Below, in pieces: positions 46,947 through 57,565 of a DNA stretch of 64,000 bases. The DNA is taken from IMG/VR virus record IMGVR_UViG_3300028048_003180, positions 32,001 to 96,000 of that record; one strand, written 5' to 3'. The first letter of the stretch is position 1; every line of letters starts with the position of its first letter. The translations under genes and the position numbers were made by a program. The notes under the pieces were generated by a model. The model searched no databases. It was not told where the DNA came from and was given only the letters and a program-made list of their open reading frames with translations. This stretch comes from a virus (Duplodnaviria; Caudoviricetes).

Positions 46947-48996
46947 AAGAAGCCTCCTTAGATATTCAGCTCAAAAGCCCACTGTTCCATGACTGCATAA
47001 TCATCACAGTCAAGCGCGTCACAGCCGATTTCAGCGTCCAGTCTTTCAGTAATTTCTTCTTTTGTTTCTTCCGTCTCTTCCATTACGCCACCTCCCATCT
47101 CTTATAAGGAGCTGAAGAAAAATAATAAGGTGTTTTTTCTTCTTTACGAATCATCACACATTCATAAAGACCGCTATTTACAAGGCTCTCAAACTGCTTC
47201 TCTGCATCGAACTTACGCTTGTATTTGTTTGGTAGAGTCTTTCCCCATTTGTTTTTGTCTTCAAAAACTACAAGAATAAAATAAGTCATGGTTAAGCCGC
47301 CTCCTCTATTACTATCAGCATTTGCCCTTCTGCATTGAACCTGTCACATTCAGGATGTTCCTTAAGGAAATCCTCAATGGCCTCCTCTGGACAATCCGAG
47401 TTTTCAATGTCCACACCCTTCTCAAGAGCATAGTCTGTGACGTATGTCCTTGCGTTGTCCTTAACCTTAAGGTTAGGAAAGAAGTATGCTGTATCTTCTG
47501 TCATTGCATCCCTGTAGATTTCGTCCCATGTAAGGACATCTGGAGTTCTTGGCTCCTCAAACTCGCTCTGCGGAATATAGCTGTCTGTACAATGGTCTAC
47601 GAGAAGCTCTCCTTTTTCCATGAACATCTTTGCATCCTCAACTGACAGTTCACTCTCATAGTTGTATTTGTCCTTGAGCCTTTCAAACTCTTCGTCGGTT
47701 ACGTTCATTTCCATACCGATTCTTGCGAACACTCTTTTCATAGTCAAACCTCCCTCACATTAAGTTGCTCATCAAATTCTGTGTGTATATAACCATCCAT
47801 GGCAGGATATACACTCGCACTCCATTTTGCATTCTCAGGTCCGCCGAAAAGTTCACAGCTGAAAATATTGATATCATAATCTTTGTCTCCAACCTTGAAT
47901 CCATACCACGTGTCATCAAGGCTGTCGTCAACTTTGAGTTCTGCTACTTTTCTTCCGTCAGACAAGATTATTGAGACAGAGTAAAGGTTCTCTTCAATCA
48001 TCCTGACTTCTGCCGTCCCACCTTCAAACATTCCAATATTCTGTGCAAGCGATAGCTTTTGTTCATCTGTTAGTTTTGCCATTCATTCCTCCTCGTCGAA
48101 TCCTATGTATTTCTCAACGTCTTCAATATCGAAGAGTGGTACCGGACTATTGGCAAGCCCTAATGTCATATCGTAGCGATACCAATCATCATTGGTGTCC
48201 ATGCAATCCAGTATGTCAGCTGCAACACGGATGTAGTCATTAGCAATCTCGTGTATTGCAAAGTCTTTTAATTCTTCGTAATTTACAATGTCATTGCGCT
48301 CTTCCTGAAGTTTTAGAATAGCTTGGTCAAACCCTCTATTCTCAACGATTTCTTTGAATTGATTTCTTGTCATTCATTCCTCCTCTAATCATCTAATTTT
48401 TCAAAGGTTTCTACCTCAAGATAATCGTGTGCAAGGTAGAGCCAGTCACCTTCCTCTGTATTGAGATACCAACAAAGATTTTCGTTTCCAAAGTAAACAA
48501 TGCCTATATCCCATATATCATCATTGGCTCCAGCCCTGTTATGTTGAATGAACCTAACCTTGTCACCGCTCTTGAGCCAGTTGCCCTTCGCATCCCTTAC
48601 AAGCCCGCCATTCGCAAGACATGCTTCTGTTTCCTCCATCTTTTCAAATAAAGCCATCAGCTTGTTGTAGTTTGATTCAGGGTCATTGCTAAGACATCCA
48701 CAATATTCACCTTCCAAGATTTTATCTTCCCAAGGAGTGCAACTGCACAAACATTCGTTGCCCTTGCAGTTGAGCCAATGGAGCCCGTCATTATCCTGTG
48801 CGGTTTCTCTTAGAGCGACTTTCAGCCCTTCAATAAGTTCCTTAGTTTCCTTTTTCATGCTATTCCTCCTTGCCTTGGTTCTTTATCCTCTGGATTGCTT
48901 CCCAGTCTGACTGGAGCATTTCTCCGTCAACGTATATTGCGATGTATGAATGCCACTTTCCTGTGGCATCCTTGAACTTCACCCTCTTGGCAAAAG

Positions 48997-49134
48997 TCAT
49001 TCTTCGACCTCCTCGATCTCTTCCTTGCCCTCTACGTAAGAGGAACCGCAGTCAGGGCATGGTGCCCATCTCCTTGCGCTCCACTCCCTCCCGCAGTCAA
49101 AGCAGTAGCAGCGGTACCATTTGACCTGCTTCAT
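48997..49134 (-). CDS. Small zinc-ribbon protein (45 aa; not in ORF track)
   Basis: MKQVKWYRCYCFDCGREWSARRWAPCPDCGSSYVE; RBS GGAGG. Confidence 0.65.
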   Translation of the reverse strand: MKQVKWYRCYCFDCGREWSARRWAPCPDCGSSYVEGKEEIEEVEE

Positions 49135-52100
49135 TGTTAGTCCTCCACTATTGTTATCTCAGCTTTCCATTCAGCTTGGTTTATGTCTGGGTGTTCAAGC
49201 TGATACCTTGACTTCATTTCCATTGCATAGATGGTGGCATTGCCACATCTTGCCCTCGACCATGAGCGGAGAATCCTGTACCCGCCCTCTCTTCCGTTAC
49301 TTGCAAAATCCTCCAAGACTTCATTCAAGTTGTCATAAGGCTTTGTTGTGTCAACCTCAATCTGCTCCCATCCGCAGATAGGATTCTTAATCCATGCGTT
49401 TGCAACCATCATGCTCATTTTCTAATCCTCCTTAAACAACTTCGTGGATAATGTCCCACCAGCGCTCTATACCTGCGTTTCTTCTTCGTTATTATAACTT
49501 CACCTCCCAATCTTCTGCCAAATCATAAACATCATATCTCATGGAAGGGTCAGCTAAGTCTCTTATATTCTGTTCAAGCTGCAAGAATAATTTTTTATAG
49601 TCTTCCTTAGCCCTGTTATATCCGTATTCAGCTCCGTCTCGCCAATATGCTCTTGCTATATCTTTTGCTTCGGGAAACAACCAATGGCTTTTATTTACGT
49701 TTTCTTCTGCTTCTATCTCGAACATCTTCAGCCTCCCCTTAAAGTATGCTGTCAATTACGTCCCAGCCGTGCTCGATTCCGACTTCCTCGACACGCTTCC
49801 AGTCAATCCTGTCCACAAGCTCGTTGATTTCCTCATCAGTTGCTTCGTGTCCAAAGTGTCTTTCGTATGCCATGCGGATGTCGTCAACCGTCCACTTTAT
49901 TTCGCAGAGTGTTTCTGCCGCCTTACCCTCAAACCTTTCAATGGCTTCCTTGACATACTCCATGTCGTTGCAGAGTGTCTCCACATAGATGTCCCCGTCC
50001 TTCTTCTCGATGTAGATTGCCTTTGAAAAGTCCTTTGAGTTCCAGATGTGAGGGAAGTTCCTCTCGTTCACGTCAATCGGCTGAACCGTGTCCTTTACCT
50101 GTGTGTTGAAGTAATACATAATTAAGCTATCTCCTCTTCTTCAATTTCAAAACAAGCCCACTGATTGATTACTCTCTCAGCTTCCTCGTTCAATTCGTCT
50201 GCAAGTTTATCCCAGTTAGGTTCGTCATAAAGAACGGTTGTTGTGTTGTCAACTTCTGCCGTATCCTCGTCATACGGCATTGTCAAATCCCAGCTGAGGT
50301 CTGAGAACATGATATTCTTTGCATCGTGATAACCAACTTCACAGCAGATATTCCATGTGCCGCTCTGATACTTGCCGTTGTCGTTTTTGTCGAAGCCGTC
50401 AAGCCATCCCATCGCAATGCACCATTCCCTGTTCTTGTCATCAGTTACAATCTTAATGTGACAGCATCCACAATCTTCTTTTTTAAGCCATTCAGCCCAG
50501 TGCTTTAATTGTTTGCCTGTAATCTTCTTAATCATGTTCAAACCTCTCCATCTATTGAAAGAATCAATTTGTCATCGAGTATTATGTTTGGCATAACTCC
50601 AGACACGTCAAATGTGACTCCGTTATCGTCCATGACGACAACTTCCTTGTCCCAGTCTGTTTCAAGGCGCATGGCCTCAAACAATTCTCTGATAGTCATA
50701 ATCAGTCCTCCTGTCCGTCGGTTTCCCAGACAATCGTATGGCCGGATTCCTCAAGGCACCTTGTCAGCATCTTGAGAACTTCCTGCTGGACATATCCGAT
50801 GTCCATGTCATCAATGAAGATGTCGCATATTCCGAAACATCCCCCGTTGTAGTAATCCGCCACGTACTGACGGCATGAATACGGCTCAAACCACTCCCAG
50901 GGAATAACCTTGATTCCGCACCATGAGGACGCGTCCTCATGCACCAGATTCATGTCACTGTATTCGTTCACCTCGCAGTCCACGCTTGCGAAGTCAATTT
51001 CATTGAATTCGGATCTTTTTTTCTGGCAGTCCTCAAAAATCCGCTCGGCGACAAAGGACACGAACTCATCCCTTGTTCCCGCGAATACGGTTTTATTTTC
51101 TATCACGCAAGACTTCATACAACCTCCTAAAGCGTTATGTCCCATCCAACGACAGTGCTTGATTCACTGACGCTGAATCCATAGTCCTTTAAGATTTCCT
51201 TACAGTCAGTCCATGAAGTGCTTGTACGTCCTGCGGTGTTCAGCTGCTTGCCAGCCTCTATCAGCTGCCTTATGACGACAGGCGGATATTTCTTCCGCTT
51301 GAACACAACGGACTCCCCAAGATCTCTTGTTATAAGCTCACGTCCGATGTCATCGTGAAGTTCCCTTAGTCGATTCATACTACGCTCCTATTAGTGGCAG
51401 ATTGTGGTCATAAGCGTAGCCTGTCCTTACAGGCTCCCACTTATATCCTTCATTCAGTGAAAGTATCTCGTTGAGTCTGTACACGTCATAATCTGTGAAA
51501 CTGTGGATATTTTCACACGATACTATCATGCAAAGCTTTGCTGTGTTGCGTTTGTTCCTGAAAAGTATTTCCATAGTTACTCCTCAACATCTGCTTCAAG
51601 AAAATGATAGTTATAATCAACTTCATGGAATCCTTCGGGTATATGTTTGTGCATATACTCCTCTCCTTCTTCCCTTGTTTCAAAAATGGGTATTCCGAAC
51701 TTTTTCGCAAGGGTAATTGATTTATTGTCCATGTTATATTTTTCAATACTAATACGTTTGCATGGGCGAGCCATACCTCTGTTAGTTTCCAAATATCGGT
51801 ACATACGATACACAGTTACCGAGGCGTATTCCTTGACGGAAAGGATGTTATCCCACCTTATAAACATTGCTGTTGAACTGTCCATGTCAAACAGTTCAAG
51901 GTAACACCCGTTGTCGCTTAGGATTTTAACTTTGTTGAACGTATCAAAGCTAATTCCGTTTATTCCACGACCGTGCCCAATATTTGTAATGATTGTGTAT
52001 GTTTTATTCGATTCTAATTTCATAGCTCATTTCTCCTTGCTATATCTATAGCCTTGTTATAATTTTGTGGTGTTTAATACTGTGTAATCAACTTTGATTG

Positions 52101-52140
52101 ATGATATTCCCGCTGTGATTGTCCACAACGGGAATCAAAC

Positions 52141-53628
52141 CTAAAGTTCAACAGGAAGCTTTCCGAACAGGGCAAGGGATTCCTTGACTTCCTGTGATGA
52201 AACCTTATCCTGAAGGAACAAGGAATTGGCGTTCTTTATGTCAAGCAATGTCTGTGCAACCTTCATTACATTTGCTACAGCCCGTGCAGACAGGTCGCCA
52301 ATCCTTGAGAATGTCTCACGTGCCCCATCATCAAGCCTCACAAACTTATCCGCTTCGACAATCGAAAGCTGGCCGTTCAGCTTGCCCTGTCTTGCGAGCT
52401 GAATTTCCCATGCGCCCTTTACCATGCTCCTCATGCGCTCAAGTGTCATGTTCTCGGCCTGCAACGGATTGTTCATGTCGTAGCGGATTGCAATCCTGTC
52501 AAGGAGCGGGCCGCCAAACTTCTTCCAGTACTGTTCGATTGACCTTGCAGAGCAAAGGCACATCCTGTCCTTCACTCCATAGTTCCCGCAAGGACAAGGA
52601 TTTGCTGCCATCACAAGCTGGAACTCTGCGGGGAATGTTGTACTCCTGCCCGCTCTGCATAGCGTTATCCGACCAGATTCTACAGGGACACGGAGCATCT
52701 GCAAGACACTGGAGCGGAACTCTGCGGCTTCGTCAAGAAACAGAACACCGTTGTGGGCAAGGCTTATCTCGCCAGCCTTTACACTTGCACCGCCTCCGCA
52801 CATACCTTCAATCGTTGCAGTCTGGTGCGGCATACGGAAAGGCCTTGTATGGTTTACAACACAGTCCATTCCGCTCAAGCCTGTCAGTGAGTAGATTCTG
52901 TTGACTGTCGGAATCTCATCCTTTGTGAGCTTGGGCAGAAGCTCCGGCATGTGTTGCAATGTCAGTGTCTTTCCGCAACCAGGTGCGCCATAGGCAAGCA
53001 GATTATGACGGCCAGAGACAGCAACTGCCATTGCGTACTTCAAGCCGTCAAGACCTCCGATTGTGTCAAGGTTGTCTTCGGGTATACTTGCAAACTCAAT
53101 GCCAGAATCATGGCTTTCACTGTGCTCGGTGAATCCTTCAAGGGAAAGGAGGTGTTCAAATGCCTCCTTGAGTGTCCCTATCCTTGCAACCTTTATCCCT
53201 TCCGGGTAATCAGCGTTCATGGAGTAAGGTACGATTGCATACTTGATGCCGTTCTCAACTGCCGTCTGCAATGCGGCTGATATTCCCCTTACGGATTGTG
53301 CTGTTCCGTCCTGACACAGCCCGCCCATTACAAGAACTTTTTCCGAGACGGTGCCGTTCTTTTCTGCAAGGATTGCTAGGGCGATTGCAAGCTCAAAGTC
53401 TGGGCCTTCCTTCTTCAAGTCAGCAGGTGAAAGGCTTATAAGAACCCTCTCTGCGGGGAACTCAAACCCACTGTTGATGATTGCAGAGCGTACACGCTCA
53501 CGGCTTTCTCTGACAAAACCATCTGCAAGCCCTACAATGTCAACTGCCGGGATTCCTCGTCTTAAATCAACCTCAACGTTTACCAAAGAACCATCATACC
53601 CAAACGGGCTAAATGAATAGATCGCCAT
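52141..53628 (-). CDS. comM: YifB/ComM family AAA+ ATPase (Mg-chelatase-like)
   Basis: VGLAD..VRESRERV, LSPADLKKEG, GAPGCGKT, PFRMPHQTA, GEISLAHNGVLFLDE, ANPCPCG, GPLLDRI. Confidence 0.93.
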   Translation of the reverse strand: MAIYSFSPFGYDGSLVNVEVDLRRGIPAVDIVGLADGFVRESRERVRSAIINSGFEFPAERVLISLSPADLKKEGPDFELAIALAILAEKNGTVSEKVLVMGGLCQDGTAQSVRGISAALQTAVENGIKYAIVPYSMNADYPEGIKVARIGTLKEAFEHLLSLEGFTEHSESHDSGIEFASIPEDNLDTIGGLDGLKYAMAVAVSGRHNLLAYGAPGCGKTLTLQHMPELLPKLTKDEIPTVNRIYSLTGLSGMDCVVNHTRPFRMPHQTATIEGMCGGGASVKAGEISLAHNGVLFLDEAAEFRSSVLQMLRVPVESGRITLCRAGRSTTFPAEFQLVMAANPCPCGNYGVKDRMCLCSARSIEQYWKKFGGPLLDRIAIRYDMNNPLQAENMTLERMRSMVKGAWEIQLARQGKLNGQLSIVEADKFVRLDDGARETFSRIGDLSARAVANVMKVAQTLLDIKNANSLFLQDKVSSQEVKESLALFGKLPVEL

Positions 53629-53792
53629 AATTATTCCTCCTCTTATTTGAAACTAAGGTAGACAGTCTCATTGCTTCTTTTAGCTTTTTCTCTGCGGATA
53701 AAGCAGTCCAAAGCGCCATCGAGATTGTCAAAATAATCAACAAATGAAAGGCTGCAAGACCCTTTGCATACCCCATATACGCTGACCAACAT

Positions 53793-54119
53793 TTATGAAT
53801 TCTCCTTCATTGGCATAATCTCTATATGCTCTGCGACAACAACAACCTTTGAGTATTCCTTGCCGTCAGCATCCTTCCAACGCTTCTGCTTAAGGCGGCC
53901 AACTATACGGATTCCCTGTCCTATTTTTGCGGTACTGGCAAGCACCCCTGTGTTTCCCCATGCCTCAACGTCAAAGTAGGACTTCTCCTCTTCGAGCTTG
54001 CCGTCCGCCGTTTTATACATACGGCTTGTTGACATTGTGAATGTTGTAACGGCAACCAAAGGGTTCACATCGATGTGCTCAACGTTTCCTTCCAGAATGA
54101 GTTGATTCAACATATTCAT
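53793..54119 (-). CDS. ssb: Second, tail-less SSB
   Basis: LNQLILEGNV, FDVEAWG, IVGRLKQ.RW, VVAEHIE; no acidic tail. Confidence 0.88.
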   Translation of the reverse strand: MNMLNQLILEGNVEHIDVNPLVAVTTFTMSTSRMYKTADGKLEEEKSYFDVEAWGNTGVLASTAKIGQGIRIVGRLKQKRWKDADGKEYSKVVVVAEHIEIMPMKENS

Positions 54120-54131
54120 AAAATACCTCCA

Positions 54132-54160
54132 ATAAAAAAGACCGCCATAATCAGCGGTCT
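54132..54160 (-). terminator. Intrinsic terminator
   Basis: Minus strand AGACCGC-loop-GCGGTCT followed by TTTTTATT. Confidence 0.7.
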
Positions 54161-54216
54161 AAATGATTCCGTGTTATGTGTCTTGTCATTGAAAACAACA
54201 AGTTTGTAATAGACCA

Positions 54217-54897
54217 TCACGCCACCTCCAATTTATGCGTAGGGATATATTTTTCGCCGTCATACTCATAATCCCAAAGTGACCAGTCTTCCTCACTCTG
54301 CAAGGTGACGTTCGGGGAAAACCGCTCATACTCGCTTTCAAGGACTGAATACTCGACATCCTCAAAGTCGATGAACTTCAGAAGATACCACTCAATCATA
54401 ATGTCAATGAGGTTGTCCTTGTCCTTGCCGTGTTTGTAGTCCCACTCGAACTGAACCACATTGTTGGGTATGAATGACCAGAAGCCGTCCCGGTCTGACC
54501 AATACTTAGAAAGGTACTTGTCAAATTCCTCGCGGCAAGTTTTCCAGCAGTATTCCTTCAGCCTGTTGAGGTTTACGTCTACGCTGAACTGAATCTTGTC
54601 AGTAGTGAAGTTGTATTCCTTTGGAGACTTCATTCCGCAATACTTGCCGATTTTAAGGCCAAGAGGGTTGTCATGGTCTGCATACCTTGAGTTTTCAAGA
54701 GCGTCAGCCATATTGGAAACCCATTGTTCGCAAGTTTCCTTGCAGTATTTTTGAAACCCTCCATCCACAAATTCCCAGCAAAAGCCTTCGGGAAGTTCGC
54801 CATTATTGAAACAATACAATTTGTCTGAATCGTAAAGGATGGATTCATAGAACCCAGGGAACACCCTGTAGCTAAAATTTTCATAAACCTTTTTCAT
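54217..54897 (-). CDS. Acidic phage hypothetical protein
   Basis: FPGFYES...SPKEYNFTTD...RDGFWSF. Confidence 0.7.
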   Translation of the reverse strand: MKKVYENFSYRVFPGFYESILYDSDKLYCFNNGELPEGFCWEFVDGGFQKYCKETCEQWVSNMADALENSRYADHDNPLGLKIGKYCGMKSPKEYNFTTDKIQFSVDVNLNRLKEYCWKTCREEFDKYLSKYWSDRDGFWSFIPNNVVQFEWDYKHGKDKDNLIDIMIEWYLLKFIDFEDVEYSVLESEYERFSPNVTLQSEEDWSLWDYEYDGEKYIPTHKLEVA

Positions 54898-54900
54898 AAT

Positions 54901-55107
54901 TTACCCCCAGGCCTTCTCGCCTTCCATGAACCTTGCCCCAAAGCACCAGTAAGTTTTTGTCTTTGGGACAGCCACAACGTCATAACATTCAGAGGGGATG
55001 GCAAACTGCCTTGCCTCCCTCTCTGTGTAAAGTTCCCTTCCGATAAGAATGGAGCCGTCGCTCCTGGCCTTCTGGTCAAAGCACGGCTTTATTCTCAGGT
55101 ACTTCAT
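54901..55107 (-). CDS. Hypothetical protein
   Basis: ELYT.RE...TYWCFGARF; coupled to neighbours. Confidence 0.6.
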   Translation of the reverse strand: MKYLRIKPCFDQKARSDGSILIGRELYTEREARQFAIPSECYDVVAVPKTKTYWCFGARFMEGEKAWG

Positions 55108-55451
55108 CAGTCAGCCCCCTTTAGGTAAGCATCCTGTATGTCATCGTTGTAGCAGGGACACGGGACGCTTTCCCATAGTGTTCCCCAGTGGTCAACGCAG
55201 AGTACATACAGATCCAGCATTTCGGAATACGTGAAGAGCAGGCCGAAGGACTTTTCCAGGTACTCAACGTCGTCTTCCGAAGCGTCCGTCAAGAACCATT
55301 GATAAATTTCCTTGACGTTTCCTTCTTCGTCTTCAAAGTCAAAGCGGAAATTGTCATAGATGGATTGATCAATCTTCCCAATGTCATTGCAGAGAATCAA
55401 AGAGTTGTGGAGCCAGTGAGCGGCCGTGTAGTAGTTTGTCATTCTTTCCAT
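55107..55451 (-). CDS. Acidic phage hypothetical protein
   Basis: EIYQWF...LDLYVLCVDHWGT.W. Confidence 0.65.
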   Translation of the reverse strand: MERMTNYYTAAHWLHNSLILCNDIGKIDQSIYDNFRFDFEDEEGNVKEIYQWFLTDASEDDVEYLEKSFGLLFTYSEMLDLYVLCVDHWGTLWESVPCPCYNDDIQDAYLKGAD

Positions 55452-55806
55452 TTTCTATCCCCTTAATATTCTTATGTAAGTTATGTTTCCAAAGTCAGCA
55501 ATAGCATTTCTCACCCAGTTGTTGAAGTCATCCCTGTCGGAGAAATCATCTGTTATTGCAGTGCCGTTTTCAAACTCGACTGTAAATTCCATGCCTAAGC
55601 CTCCATTGCGTCTTCTATGGTTAGATTCCTTGTATTGATAAAAAGGACAAGTACCTTTTCCCCATTCTTATAAAAGTTGTGAACTATATCTCCACTAAGC
55701 GTTGACTTTGAAAGCCTCCAGTTTCTGCTGAATAGCAGCTGGTGTGCCAAGAGAAATTTGCAACCTTTAAGACATGCCATAATTACACCTCCTGTTTAGT
55801 GTTCTG

Positions 55807-55842
55807 GGCATAAAAAAAGCCGCCCGGTTTTTCCAGACGGCT
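55807..55842 (-). terminator. Intrinsic terminator
   Basis: AGCCGTCTGG-loop-CCGGGCGGCT then T-run and ATGCCC. Confidence 0.75.
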
Positions 55843-55984
55843 AAAACAATAGATTTTCAACTGTTTCGATGTACTCTTCGGGAATGTCTCCCCATGAAAT
55901 GTCATACATTTGAAACCTCCTTCAAAAGATAATAGGCTATTGTAACGATGCTCCAGACCAGGGCACCTACAAGAATTGTTATGT

Positions 55985-56131
55985 TCATATTAAACCTCCC
56001 GTAAACCCGAACCTTGCGTCCTCGACCTTTGAATTGTAGAAGGCATCCGCCTCTACTTCCGAATATCCGTTGCTTCTGAACACCCTTGCAACGTCTGCAA
56101 AAGGCATTTTAAGAACCTGCCAAACATACAT
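55985..56131 (-). CDS. Small hypothetical protein (48 aa)
   Basis: MYVWQVLKMPF... after RBS AGGAAGG. Confidence 0.55.
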   Translation of the reverse strand: MYVWQVLKMPFADVARVFRSNGYSEVEADAFYNSKVEDARFGFTGGLI

Positions 56132-56195
56132 TTTTCCCTTCCTTCCAGTATTCATGCACTGGACAGAACACACGGAAAACCATGCGCTCTGCTTA

Positions 56196-56228
56196 GGGCA
56201 TGAAAAAAGCCGCCCTTGCGGACGGCTC
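56196..56228 (-). terminator. Intrinsic terminator
   Basis: AGCCGTCC GCAA GGGCGGCT then T-run and CATGCCC. Confidence 0.8.
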
Positions 56229-56249
56229 AAAAAGCGGGAACTTACAAAG

Positions 56250-56510
56250 CTACTCGACAAACTTTATAGTTTTTTCCGGTTCTCCGTAGACAGGGACTAT
56301 AAGCATTGGGACTGGGGAATGTTCCTTGTTTTCCGTACTGTCGCCTTCAAAAAGGTGTGTTTCCCTATAAGCAATCTTGTTTTTTTCTACGCCAAACTTT
56401 TCCTTAATCAGAGAAAACATCTGTTCTTCAGATTCTACCCATGCAAAGCATTCGTGAAGTTTTTTGTCTTTGCCAAAATATGCCGTAAATGTTCTAACTG
56501 TTGCGCTCAT
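56250..56510 (-). CDS. Hypothetical protein
   Basis: G-rich RBS, in operon. Confidence 0.55.
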   Translation of the reverse strand: MSATVRTFTAYFGKDKKLHECFAWVESEEQMFSLIKEKFGVEKNKIAYRETHLFEGDSTENKEHSPVPMLIVPVYGEPEKTIKFVE

Positions 56511-56521
56511 AACAACACCCC

Positions 56522-56713
56522 CTATTGATTTTTCCTTTTCATTGATTCCAAAACAAGCCTGGCATAACTACCATTCTTGATTGCTCGATTTTTCAAAGTG
56601 ATTGAAAGTTCGTAGCGGTCAACGCCCTGCACGTTTTCCATTGCCTTCTTGAAATTATCCCACACTGTTTCAATATCGGCAAGTGTCTTTGCCAATTTTA
56701 CGTCATTAGCCAT
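56522..56713 (-). CDS. Hypothetical protein
   Basis: RBS AGGAAGG. Confidence 0.55.
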   Translation of the reverse strand: MANDVKLAKTLADIETVWDNFKKAMENVQGVDRYELSITLKNRAIKNGSYARLVLESMKRKNQ

Positions 56714-56783
56714 ATAAGCCTTCCTTCCAGTATTTCATGCACTGGATTAGACACACAAAGCAAAAGCCTTGTATGTCCGTTCA

Positions 56784-56817
56784 GGGCATAAAAAAACCGC
56801 CCATTGCAGGCGGTTTT
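56784..56817 (-). terminator. Intrinsic terminator
   Basis: AAAACCGCCT-loop-GGGCGGTTTTTTT then ATGCCC. Confidence 0.8.
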
Positions 56818-56835
56818 GATTGCGGAAACACCCCA

Positions 56836-57456
56836 TTAAGCAACATTAGCTTCCTTGATTGCAAGGGCTTTAAGAGCGTCAATGGTCTTGTTGAGGATTG
56901 CGGAAACGTCTGCATTGTCTGTTTTTGCCAATTCGGAAACTTTGCCGATAATGCGGTCAAGCTCGGAAACTTTAGGTTCGGGCAAATCCGCCTCTTCCAG
57001 AATGTCCGCAATCTGGGAATCCGCCTGTTTTGAAGTCTTGGGCGCAACAGGTTCAGCAGGCACAATCTGGATAAGGTTAGGCACAAATTCACGGAAAACA
57101 AGGTTAAGCTGACGTGTAGACTTATTCTCGATAACCTCGGCCATAAGCAAACCTTCCTTAAAGGAAAGCTCACCTGTTGCAACTTTTGCATAGAACAGGC
57201 GCAGAGCGTTTGAAACGTCGGACGGTGAGAACATGTCCGATGCTGTAAATGTGCCTTTTCCGTTCCATCGACTTGCAACACGGCCAAAGAACTTTGAAAG
57301 CGGAATCTGAACACCCTTTGACGCACTGGACATCATAACACCCACAAGAATTTCCACTTTGCGGGAAACTTTAGACGGCATTTTATATTCTTTGGTGCCG
57401 TAATCCAAAGCACGTGTACTTTCGCCATAAGTCTTATAAAGGTCTTTTACGTTCAT
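56836..57456 (-). CDS. Hypothetical protein (206 aa) directly downstream of the structured RNA region
   Basis: Start moved to MNVKDLY after AGGGGG RBS. Confidence 0.65.
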   Translation of the reverse strand: MNVKDLYKTYGESTRALDYGTKEYKMPSKVSRKVEILVGVMMSSASKGVQIPLSKFFGRVASRWNGKGTFTASDMFSPSDVSNALRLFYAKVATGELSFKEGLLMAEVIENKSTRQLNLVFREFVPNLIQIVPAEPVAPKTSKQADSQIADILEEADLPEPKVSELDRIIGKVSELAKTDNADVSAILNKTIDALKALAIKEANVA

Positions 57457-57470
57457 AATAGAACCCCCTA

Positions 57471-57503
57471 AAATAAAATAAGCCTTCCATACAGAAGGCT
57501 TAT
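57471..57503 (-). terminator. Terminator-like hairpin after tRNA-like element
   Basis: ATAAGCCTTC/GAAGGCTTAT 10-bp stem followed by TTTATTTT on the minus strand. Confidence 0.55.
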
Positions 57504-57504
57504 A

Positions 57505-57565
57505 TACCCTACCCAAGAATTGAACTTGGGAACGCTTGCTAGACGTCATTGTGCCGTTAAGGGTA
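57505..57565 (-). tRNA. D-armless tRNA-like element (anticodon-like AGC)
   Basis: TACCCT/AGGGTA acceptor-like stem; GACGT-CTAGCAA-GCGTT anticodon-like arm; CCAAG-TTCAATT-CTTGG T arm; no D arm, no CCA. Confidence 0.5.

Larger units (their letters stand above)
43228..52023 (-). other. Cluster of ~25 small, mostly acidic, translationally coupled early genes
   Basis: Abutting minus-strand ORFs with GGAGG RBSs, e.g. 43228-43431, 43735-44085, 44088-44558, 44555-44785, 45376-45558, 47292-47747, 47744-48082, 48083-48373, 48385-48858, 49137-49418, 49739-50119, 50122-50541, 51127-51378, 51577-52023. Confidence 0.75.
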
